From NCBI GenBank assembly GCA_963924565.1, contig OZ004612.1:10478001-10542000 (forward strand): a DNA stretch of 64,000 bases. Direction: 5' to 3'. A model generated the notes under the pieces. It saw only the letters and a program-made list of their open reading frames with translations. It had not been told where the DNA came from and did not search any database. This document shows, in pieces, positions 25,411 to 37,400 of the stretch. The DNA is from Ascidiella aspersa. Taxonomy: Eukaryota. The translations under genes and the position numbers were made by a program. Every line of letters starts with the position of its first letter. Within the stretch, counting starts at the first letter, position 1.

Positions 25411-28400
25411 ATGTCAATGATCGTACGTTGTTTTGAGTTGTGCTTGATGATCATCATTGTGATTTCACCAGCAGCAAAATCTGTCGATTGGGAATGCTCT
25501 GACGAAGGTAGGCTATATGCTTGAAACTTGCATAATAAAATTGAGTTTAGTTTTTTGCTATAAATATTTGTCACACGGGAAACTTTGAGCAAAAGTAGGT
25601 CACTAGGTCAAGACATTTTTTACAAATTTCTGCGTAAACGAATTATCTATACACACCAAAACATTATATTCGTTTGTCGGTAAGCGCATATAGAGTTGTA
25701 CTTTTTATAGTAGGATTTTAAATCTTATATAACAGCACTACAAAGTATAGACCCTCTATAAAGTCTAGTGCAGGGGTTCTTAAACTTTTTAAGCCTCGCC
25801 CCTTACACAACTTAGCGAAACTCGCGCTCTGCTTTTCGAACATTATGGTTCGAAACCACAGAGCCTATACGTGCTTACAGTGTTACTTTCAATGTAGAAT
25901 CCCTTGCATTATTATACAAGCAGTGTTTTCATATTAATATAAACACCGCCTTAGTAAACTGTGGTGCTTAAATATTAAGCTGTAAAATGAAGAAAAATAT
26001 AAAATTAGTTTGGCAATATAATAATGTGAATTAGCATATATATAACACCTTAAAGTTGTATTTTATGTCACATTTACTGTATGTGGAGTTGGCCTCTAAT
26101 ATGAGTCCCACGAGCAACATAACACCACTTAAGTTGACTCGTAGAAAAATATTTTTCTACGTTATCTCAACCGTTTAATAAAATCCCAAGAACGACCCAG
26201 TGCCCGGGGTCCCGAGGCAATTAATGCAAGCAATCCTGTTTTAGTAGTTCTAGGCATTTCACAATAAAAAATCCCGAATAAAAGTTGACGGGACATAAAC
26301 GGATCAGAGACGAGTTCAAGATTTTTGGTGGGTGTCATAAAATTGTCAGGGATAATTTCTCAAATTTGTGCCATGATGTAAAGTCATATAACAACAAATC
26401 TTAAAAAACGACCAATCTGACAACGCTCAGCCTATAGTATGTTATCCAGTGTTTCGCAACCTTTTTGGGCTTGCGACACCCTAAAGAAATTATAAATAGT
26501 TCGCGGCACCCTTGCTCAAATTTTTGATGAGTGGTTGACTGTCACGTTACAATAAACAAGATTGAAACATCACATTAAATACATGCAACAAGTTTGAACA
26601 AAACTTTTTAATTTTTGGCACTCTATCGTACACAAAAAATAGTATCAAGAATCTCACCCGCAATAGAGCAAAAATTAGAATCGTGAATAATTTGAAATAT
26701 CTATCGGCGCCCTTGAGCGTTAAAAATGGCACCCTTGAGTATTGCGGCACCCAAAATAACTACAGTCTCGAATTGAACTGACTGCTTATGTTATATAACT
26801 GGTGCGTGTGTTTCTTTTTAAGTGTGGCAGGCCAACCAAACTGTTGAGTTTTGCAAAATAGAAGAAGATTCCTGTAGGGACGCAGGGACAATTTGCACTA
26901 ATTACAACGCAAGTGCTGCGACAGAGTGTTCCGTCTTACCAGGTAAATACTGTATGCTAATTTGTCGATAACGTATAACCGTGGTTAAGAGCGTGAAACG
27001 GTAGAATGCAATAGAACTGAAAAATAAAAAATGGTTTAAAAATAAAAAATGTGAAACTTTTTTATAACGTCGCTTAACTCCGGATCGATAATTAAATTCG
27101 AAACACGATTGGGTAAATCCCAACTCTTTATCTAAACTTATTTCATTATAACGTAGGTCGTACAAACTAACAAATAAAAAGTCTATCGCCGAAAGTGTTC
27201 TGAAATAATTCGCTGAAACGAACATTTTTATATATTATTGTCGGAAAAAAATCGATAGTTATGTTATGAAAAGTTTGAAACTTCATTATTATTTTCTATA
27301 TACGTGACTCATAGAAAGTTTAGCAAGTGGATTCTTCAAGTATAAACAATGCTGCAGCAAAAGAAAGAAACAAGATCCAGAAAAATACATCTGTACAAAA
27401 GAAAGTAAAGTATTTTCAAATAATAAATAGTTATGGTAGGATGCTGTAATAAAAAGGTATACCTTTATTTGAGTTTTGCCATGTTCCTGTCTCTGTGTTA
27501 GTCAAATATAATCAACATGAAAGCGCGATGCATACTATGACATGTTGCGCAAAGTGAATCAGAAACTTGGCAAACAATTTCCATTAACCTAGTCTTCAAT
27601 GCCTTTAAAAACTATTTAAAGTTTTTTTGAAACCAGTTTAATAGGTTTTATTGCTGATTCTTCGGCTGGCATAGTCGCCAAGTCACCAGGATTCTGCAAT
27701 ACGGATTAGCACCAACCAGAGGCGCCCGCAGAAAATTTTCCAGGGGGGCAATATTAACATCTTTACTTAATTTAACTTCAGTACCTATGATATTAATATT
27801 ATGTAGTTACGATTTTATGTTAGTAGAAATTTATATATACAAATCAGTATTATTCCATAACCTTCATAAGTAAACATATTACACTTATAAACAATAATAA
27901 TAATCGCATTTTAAAATTCCAGAGGGGGCAAGCCCCCCCCCAAAAAAAAGACGAATAATTTACACAATCAAAAATACTCGCGATTGGGCTGTTAACATAA
28001 TTTAGCAAATCATAATTTGTTCTCAGTTGGTTATTATGGCTGTGACTTATACTTTACATGCCCGGCGTAAATAGTTAAAAAAAATGGAAAAGCATGTACA
28101 GATTGTAAAACTATATAACTCAAATAATTACCATGCCTTGGGAATGACTAAGTCATCGCCTATGTCAAGGTCCAGTTATTTCTTTCTTACAGATTGTCTA
28201 TTCACATAAAAAAGACATACACAGTACACAACCCCCGAGTAAAATTCAACAACTAGAGCGGCGGTTTCAAACTCATAATGCTCTGAGGGCCCAATTAAGC
28301 ATTTAAATTAACCTGTAGGCCTCAATCCTATAGACCAGGGTGGTCCAAGATAATCATTACCTTGGGCCACAATATTTTTGCGGTTCAAACACACTATGTG

Positions 28401-31400
28401 AGTATCTCTTTATTTGTTACGTCATACCGCGACGTAATAAAACAAGTTTTCCTTAGAAAGACCGCAGTTCTTAAGCGAACTGTGCGGAAAAGGCGATTGT
28501 GTTTCAGTGTAACCACGCGCAGCGCGAAAAAACATTGCATTCATTTGGTTAAATTTAGTTAGAGAACGACTTTGGGCACAAGAAAAGTTTTTTGCTCGAT
28601 GCAACGATGTTTGATACGATGATGTTGGAAACAAATCATTAGTCCAAAAAAGTAATTCGGCAAAATTAAATAACCACAGATGCAGTTCGCCAGCATCTCG
28701 TCTTACAGATAAGTCATAAAAAACATATACTTTTTATAGTCTATACCAGTGTTTCTTAACCTGTGCACCGCGGCGCACTGGTGCGCCCTGGAAGGTGGCC
28801 AGGTGCGCCACGAGAAAATGGGAAAAAATGTTACAAAAATTCTGTATTATTTGTAGAATTTGCAAATAATTTTAGAATAAACTCTATTCACTATGTTCTG
28901 TGAACAAACACTGAGCAACTGGATTCGCAGTCCTGAAAGTTCTAATGGTTGATGTTGGCTCTTCGCTAACAGAGAAACATATCTAGCAAGGCTTCCGCCA
29001 TAAGACAGCAATTAAAACAACAGCAACTTCGGCATAAAAAACAGTTGGGAGTAAGACCAAAATAGGACTAATACCTAATACTCGTAATAGCGCTTAAATC
29101 AAAATAAGACTTAAATTCGTCCGAATAAGGTCTAAATGGCAAGAACAAGGCCTTTGCAACCTTTTACTTAATCTCAAACCCCACCCATAACTTCAACAAA
29201 AATTCCCTTAATATTTTTAACCATAACCCAAATTCTAATTCTCCCTATTACTCGCGCCCAACCCAAACAGAGGCAAACAATCCTGTTCCAAAACAGCGGT
29301 ACCCAAACGTCGACACCAAAACAGCCAATGCCAAGAAGATGTCGTTTAATCGTCCGATACCCTGCTTTTACAGTTTTTGGCGTTATTTTGTCCATTTTGG
29401 ATTTATTCCGAGTTAGATGTTGTTGCTTTTGGAAATTATTCTGTGTTGCCATTGAACTCTAACTAACATAGCGTGTGTTTTCATAATTTACACCATGAAA
29501 GGCCCATTTTATTTTGAAACACTGGTTTAATACAGTTCCAAAAACGAAGTGAGAAAGTTGGAATCGTTCAGTTAAAAAAAAAATTTAATGGGACACCCCT
29601 CTGAACGTTTCGTGCATATTTGTGATACTTTTTGAATTTGGATGGGTCACGAACTCTTGGGCCTATACCTGAGCGAAAAGTATATCAATAAATCGAACAA
29701 TGTCTCGGGTCACAGATAATAATGTTCCATACACTATAGATCAGCATGTTTCTATAATTTTGCAATAATATAAAAAAAAATGGACGTTCAATTAATTTTA
29801 GTGAACTTATTTTTGCTAAACTTCCATATTTTGCTATGGATGACACAATAACTATTGGCAGTGGCATGGAAAAATTATTTGGACCACGACTACATGGCGT
29901 TTTTCTTTCCTTTTGATGAGTCAAAGGATGTGACGGAGCTGGAAAAGTCCACCTGTGCCAAAATCAACGCTACTCTTGATTTAACTTATTCGACTTATCA
30001 GGTTCTGTGGCCATTTCTCGAAAAAGAATTCCAAGGTTAGAAAAATGTATTAACTATAGTAGACGATACCGGGTGTTATCAAGGTTTAATACTTACGTTT
30101 AAATCTAACTGGTAAGCAACTACTGCCGTTGTTCCGGCGTTGTTAATTAATTACCGCTTCATTTAACGCGATAAATAATTTACGAAATAGACCTGAGTTT
30201 TACGTTTGCTAAAAAGTAACTTCAAAATATTGCTAACATTAAGAAAAGCTTTTTGACTCACTTTTCGTTTAAAGCCTAAAAAGTTAGAACTTTGCATATT
30301 AAGATGTTAAGCTCACTGTACGGTTAAAACAGTGTACATTGCAAAAGTAATATATAACCAAAAAGCAATGTTTAGTGTTGTGTCTAAAATGAATCGACTA
30401 TATGAGCAACCTGAATTTATGTCACTAAATAGGGTAAACGCGAGCGCGCAAAGTTTAATTTTAATTAAAGCCATCATTCCGTGGCCGCTTAATTTGTAAT
30501 ATGCTACGTGTTACATCATCCCAGATTATGTTTGCTTTAACCGATAATTTATTAAATATACTGTACGATATTGTAATGTTGTGAGTTTCTGAAGTGGATT
30601 GGCTATTTTTACGTAACAAAAACCCGTGATGTCTTTTGCACAGCGACCAATCATAAACCCTATCTTGTCGGTGGAACTGGAATGTCCACGTATCACTGTA
30701 AAATGGGAAAATGGGACAATGAGGATTTACAAACATGCCCCGATAGAAAATTGGTAGGACACATGTGCAAACAATTGAGGCGTAAGTTCACTTAAAAAGT
30801 TTACGGCAGTATTGAACAGTGCTGTAAATAGCTTACCACGTTTAAACGTAACATTGTTCATTACGCATTTCATTGCGTGTAAAAATTATTCGAATGTATA
30901 ATCAATTTACCAGTGTGATAATGACCTAAGTCAAATAACAACCTAATACTCAAGTCAATGACTTTACTAAAGTTAACTTCAGTAACTGTTTCAAATGACT
31001 TGCCTAGACGAGTAATTTCGGTAAGATCAATTGACTAAAATCTTTACGACAGATGACATGAGTTTGACTTGAGTCATTAAGTCAAATGACTTGGGTTAAA
31101 AATAAGTGTTTTCATTTATTTTTTTTTCAAGTGTGGATATTTATCTCAATTTTTGCAAGTAAACCATTTGACTGTTATATGTCGAGTTCTTGTTTTTTTT
31201 TCAATTTAGTTATTGCTCAAAATCGTCGAAATTTAATGGTTTATCGTTTTATTTTTACATGAATTACTTAACTTGAAATTGACTTCTTTTAATAATGACA
31301 AGACTGGACTTGACTTAAACATTTACATAAACTTCACTGTACGAATATTTCTCTACGCCATAGGCTTACCTTATTTTATCCTACTCAGGACGATTATAGT

Positions 31401-34400
31401 CACCAGATCCAGCATTTTTTGTGGTCATTCAAAAATGACGTAATATCACAATAGTCAATTTAGCTAATAAAAATAGCCCCCAAATGTATTCAGATTGTTT
31501 GCCACGCACCACGATGTCGAATAATTTGCGTGAGAAAATTACCCATTTATTAGTTATATTTTGACCACGGAGTCGAAGCGTTTGACTGCTCCGGTTCAGA
31601 TTCGGTTCGTTTTCAAAGATTTTTACAGAATCTGGTTTAGTTCGGTTAGGAGCAATTTCAAAGTCCCGGTTGGACTAAATATGAGATACGTTACACCTAT
31701 AAATGTTAGTCAATAAATGTTAGTCTAAGTTTCGTGACGTATTAACAAACAAGCAGTTTATTATTAAAATACATAAACAAAATAAAATTTAATTTAATAA
31801 ATATGTTCATTTTTTTGTAAAACTTCGAACATGGTATAACTTGACTCTGTGAAATACAAGTTGTGACGTCATATGTGAGTGAACGCTTTATTGACAGGTT
31901 CGGGTTCGGTTAAACTTCAGGTTATTTCAAGATATTCGGTTCAGTTGTGGTTCGGCTTTGTAAAATCTTACAAAAACGATTCAGGTTTGCTTACGGTTCG
32001 GAAAAAAACACGCCCAAAACCAGTTCATAAAGTTTCGGGTAGACTCCCTGATTTTGACACAGTTCACACGAAAACCTTTTGTAAAGAAAACTTAATAATT
32101 AATAAGACAGCACGAACGAGTAATATAATGCATTTTATAAAAACCACAAGTTTCAGTATTTGAAAGTTCATATTATCACCCCATTTTCTTTTTTGGTACA
32201 GGCCATTGGTTCTTAAACTGTTCGTCGCACAAAGATTCTGCTTCGTATCTAAGCTATATTGCAGTAATTAATGCTTACAGCTGCTATTGTCCCATGACAG
32301 GAGCGTTTGAATTCAATGTTTCAAAAAAACTCCACGAATTGATTTTGATTTTCTGTTACAATATAATAAATGAGTGAATAAAATAAGTAGAAATCACACA
32401 CTTGGTGCGTCGTAAGTCCACCAAACTTTTTTTAAAGGCGTTGCGAGAAAAAAAAGTTTAAAAATCACTGGTATAGGCTAATTTCGTCAAGGAGTCTTTA
32501 TTTGATTTTATTTCTCGAAAGCTACCTGCAGCAAATTCTACTAGGGTACTATTACTGAACTAGATAATGCGCTAACAATCAACCCAAAACTGGAAAATAT
32601 TTTACGCTAAATTGGCGTAAAATTTACATTCACCTTTAAAGCATGGAGATAGAAAAGCGTACATATCACACTTCATCAAATTTAGCAAATGGCCGATTAG
32701 AACAAGGTGATATCCATGCAATATAAAAGATAAATGTCTTTAAGTCTACCAAAAGGCTGTTTGTGTGCTATTGTGCGCTATAATAAGTCAACCTGGGACG
32801 TGGCGTTATTTTGCACAATGTGCACAAAAATGTGCAAAAAAAGTGCGCACATTTTAAACTGCCTTAAAAAAATGTGCGCACTTCTTTACCAATGTGCGCA
32901 CATTTTGAACTGCCTTTAAAAATATGCGCACATTTTAAACTGCCTTTAGAAATGTGCGCACTTTTTGTTAGACCTTTGAGTTTTAAACTGCCTTTAGAAA
33001 TGTGCGCACTTTTTGTTAGACNNNNNNNNNNNNNNNNNNNNNNNNNNNNNNNNNNNNNNNNNNNNNNNNNNNNNNNNNNNNNNNNNNNNNNNNNNNNNNN
33101 NNNNNNNNNNNNNNNNNNNNNNNNNNNNNNNNNNNNNNNNNNNNNNNNNNNNNNNNNNNNNNNNNNNNNNNNNNNNNNNNNNNNNNNNNNNNNNNNNNNN
33201 NNNNNNNNNNNNNNNNNNNNNNNNNNNNNNNNATAAACTCTAAAGTCCAACCCTAACTCTAACTCTAACATAAAAATATGCGCACAGACATTTTAAAAAA
33301 AGTGTGCACATTTTTAAGTGCAGTTCAAAATGTGCGCACATTGTTAAAAAAAAGTGTTATCATTTTTGAAGGCAGTTCAAAATGTGGGCACATTGTTAAA
33401 AGAGTGCGCTCATTTTTGAAGACAGTTCAAAATGTGCGCACATTGTTAAAGAAAAGTGCGCACATTTTTTGCACATTTTGTCGCACATTGTGCAAAAAAT
33501 GTCCGCATCCCCGATTCCCCGTCTCCCAGAAGGGCTTGATACACATTGTGTATATTTATGTTTCAGTTGCTGTGAATCAGGAGGTCCTCTGTGATTTTGT
33601 TTTAGGCCTTACCCGAAATCGTGGGCACAATATTCTGCTTTAAGTCGCCTAATGTTGCACTTTTTGTGTCAATCCATGAAAAACTGTCATTTCATTTTGC
33701 AGTTAAATGGAAACCATTTCTGGACCACGATTATACGGTACTTTTCCATCAATTTAACCAACTTAACACCGTGACTGAACTGGAAAAGGACACATGTGCA
33801 ACCATCAACGCCACTGTGCAGTTAAATGCACACTCGGTTCTACAGGAGTTTCTTAACAAAGAGTTTAACGGTTTTTCAAAATTTATATTTGTAATGCAAT
33901 ATAACTTTATGCAGTACTGTGGCAAATTTGTTATCGAAACGTGTTGGTCTTTTGACACAACGCTTTGGTAAGCCAAAAATATAAAATACCTGTTTACTGT
34001 TTATTTCTTTGCATAGCGACCAACAATGAACGTTACCTCGTAAGTGGAAATAAGTGTACTAAGAAGGAATGGAACAAAGCAACATCCGAAAACTGCATTA
34101 CAGGACAATTAGTTGGATTGTTGTGCAAAAGGTTCAGGCGTAAGTTCACTCATAAAAAACACTCTTTATATGATGTGACGGGCAACTGTATTTATAACGT
34201 TTTAGCCGTATTTCTACATTCAGAAATTTGCGTGACTCTTAACCATCTAAGTAACTATTACACAACTGTGAGATACCGAGGGAAATCAGATTATACACGG
34301 TTTTGACGACTTCCTATAATAAATACTCATGTCCACGTCGTTGCACGTTCCACTGAAACAGCATTAAGAGATTTGTGGTCACGAATCTAGAGTAGTCCCC

Positions 34401-37400
34401 GTTGATCGCTGTGGGCAAAGCTGTCAACAGCAAACCCCATCGCTCTCGAATAATAAATTTGGTGAAAAATTCCATCGCTTAGCAACCGCTTGGTAAGCCA
34501 TCAAAATGCGACAGACAGAGGCTTTAATTCTGTTACAAATAACATTTTAATCGTCCGATCATAATCTGCGGAAAAATATGTAGCATATGTACGATTGACG
34601 ACAGCAAAATGTTTAACGATAAGGCTTTTAAAGTACCGCAAAGAAAATTGGTAATTTAAGTATCGTCTATAATTCTTCACCTATTCGATAATGCATCGGC
34701 AATAAAAAAATTTATATTGTTGCGCGACATTTTATGCGTAGCCTACATAATTTTTCAGACAAAGCAAACTCGACGTTAAACCGCGAACTTTGTTTAACAT
34801 TTTCCTCCATATTGACAAAATGAATTGCTACTTGTTGACAGCGGAACGTTGGATTCATTGCAAAACGCGCGCCTTTTTTCGGTTGGACCCTTACATAAAC
34901 CTGATCATCAAGAAAAAAATAGACTATGATCAAGCAGTCAATGAAGCTTGTTTGTTCATGAAATCCACTCCACCTTGCTTGGGCAGCTGTAGTGAGGTCG
35001 AGCAGTTCTCGCTCTTCATAAACGGTAAAGATAGTAATTTAAAAACGGCAAATATTGTAATTAAAAAGCTACACGCATTTTCAACTATAAAAAAAAGAAA
35101 TAACAAAAACACTTTTAAGTGCATCCTTTTTAAATTTAAAAGCTACATGCATTTCATTTCTACATGTAGTCACAGCTTTGATTCCATGAAATCCCTGTAG
35201 TTCTACCTTTATTCGTACGCTTTTATAGATATAATTAGAAGATTCGGATCAGTATTACACGAAAACAAGTTGTATGCTATAGCAAACAAAGCTACCCTAA
35301 AAGTAACGTTGTCAGAGTATAATATGTTATGGATTTGCAAAAGTTCTTCATCCATGTTAATGTTATGCTTAATTATATTTTACGATAACATTGAGTATAA
35401 CATTAATACACAGGTTGTTCGTAATTGGGGATTCGCGTGTAGAGAAATACAATTTAATTGTAAAAGAGGTGCCATTTAAATCGATGTAAACAGCGCTTTA
35501 ACAAGCAACTGTAAAACCATTTGCACTAACATTATATTGTTTTTTTAAATTGGGATTTTTTTATTAGACGCCCCGATAGCAGCCATCATACAAGCCTTTT
35601 CTAAAGCTTTGTATACACAGGAAATCATACCCATTATTGGATAAGCTACTCGGACAAATGCAAAGTTTTCGAGGTTCCACTGAGAGGCAACGAAGACGAT
35701 CAATTCGCATTCATCCGCAAAACTGACCTAAAATGGCGTAGGAATGCAGACATGAATACAACTGGATTTATTTGCGTAAGAAACGCATCAGGTATGCTGT
35801 CTGGGTCAATACGTTTCCGGTCTTCAGCGGAAAAATAGTAAAAGTAACACATTCCTTATACTATTTCAATAAAAACAGGCTATTATCTTTTGACGGGATA
35901 GTCACCTACTTAATTTAGTGCTTTGTTTATGCCCTATGTAAAATAAATAATTTAGGACGTTTCAAAATAGAGAAGAATAAGTGTTTATGGCAGTTACACT
36001 CGACTAGCAACACTGTTACATATGTTTTACAGGACGACCTCAGGCAAAGCCATGCAACTCGAATGGTCCATATTCAGCACCCACCTATTGTCTCGATCCC
36101 GGTTGTTAAATTCAGTACTTTGTTTGAACAATTTGCCTTCGTTTAACGTACAGGGTTTGCTAAGGCTATTGTAATTAATGTTGACGCAAGACCAGACAAA
36201 ACTCTCATTTTGCTTATATTAAGGTGTATTTCAGACTGATACTCAAGGGTAACCAGACTAATTAGAACAAACGACTTTCGTTGAACCAATATTGAAAAAT
36301 ATTTATCGATGTTCAAACATAAACCTCTTACCGTTCCATCTCATTTACAATAGTTATACAAGCTATAAATTTAATAATTACCAAGCAAACTCTGTATGTT
36401 GATATCTGACCTTAAACATTTTATTCGTTCTAATAAAGCTTTGGTTTGCCGACCAGAAAACCTCACTGAAATATCTGAAGTCGCCTGGAGCACGAACAGC
36501 GGCAATCCGTTCAGCGGGGTTGTGGGCGTAGAGAATTGGATGACAGAGGTGGCCCTTTCGTTCCTGTCCAAGGAAGTGAATGGCTCCATCCCAACCACCG
36601 CCCTAAACATCAACGAGTCAGATTTGCAAAACAAAATCGTCAGGGGTGTCGACAATAACGGAGCAAAACTTCAGCGCTTGCTGGTGAGAAAATGATATGA
36701 AACACGGTTGTTTAATATAATTTTTTATATACTTTGAAAAATGAGTTGTCTGCGTGTTCAAAAAGGTCTGGAGAAAAGATCAGACAAAAATGAACGTCAA
36801 GTTTGTTTTAAAAAGTTTTAACATAAGTGGTAATCATGGTTGTTAACATTTGTCTTTGTGAACTTGAACTCTTCAAGAATGTTGGACCAAAATGTACATA
36901 ATAAAGAAAATGAGATATTTAAAAAAAAAAATTTAAAGTCTATAGAAGTTTCTAACATTTTTTGTACGTTTCGACTTCTGTATGGGAATTATATATTTAG
37001 ATATGGGATATCGCCATTTTTTGCAATCCCTTTACATCCGATATTATAGGTGAACAAGAGCGAAAGTGGACGCCTGGCGATGGTGCTGGGCAGAAGTAAG
37101 GAAGTGCCACCGAACGTCAAGTCTTTTATTAGACGCGCGTCTTCCACAGTTGAGAAGCAGACGACCCTGACCAACCGGCACTTTTTACAGATCATCAGAA
37201 CCTTAACGCCGGAGAGGGGGTTCGTGATTATCGGCGCCTTCGACGGCAACGAAGGTGCAAAGCTGGCCACTCAGCCGGAATTCTCAGTTACTAACGAGAT
37301 CGATTTCGAGAGAGAGGTTGTGGCGAAATGGAAATCCGACTTGGACGGTAAGGCCTTTGTTTTCGGTTTTGTATTTGACCGAAATCAGCGTTTTTTTAAC

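Noticed and set aside
28259-29524. Several hAT-like termini (28259, 28336, 28747, 29524)
   Set aside because: The ends could not be paired with matching TSDs, so element boundaries are unsupported.
32864-33643. ORFs with CAHF/CALF repeats and X runs; CRISPR-like or telomere-like appearance
   Set aside because: These are translations of a tandem repeat and the N gap. There are no unique spacers or cas genes, the context is eukaryotic, and the ctaac tract is short and internal.
35805-35830. Minus-strand CTGAAGA-ccg-GAAA-cgta hammerhead-like core (similar weak match at ~60725-60756)
   Set aside because: No stem II or stem I can form, so it is a chance match or too degraded to support.
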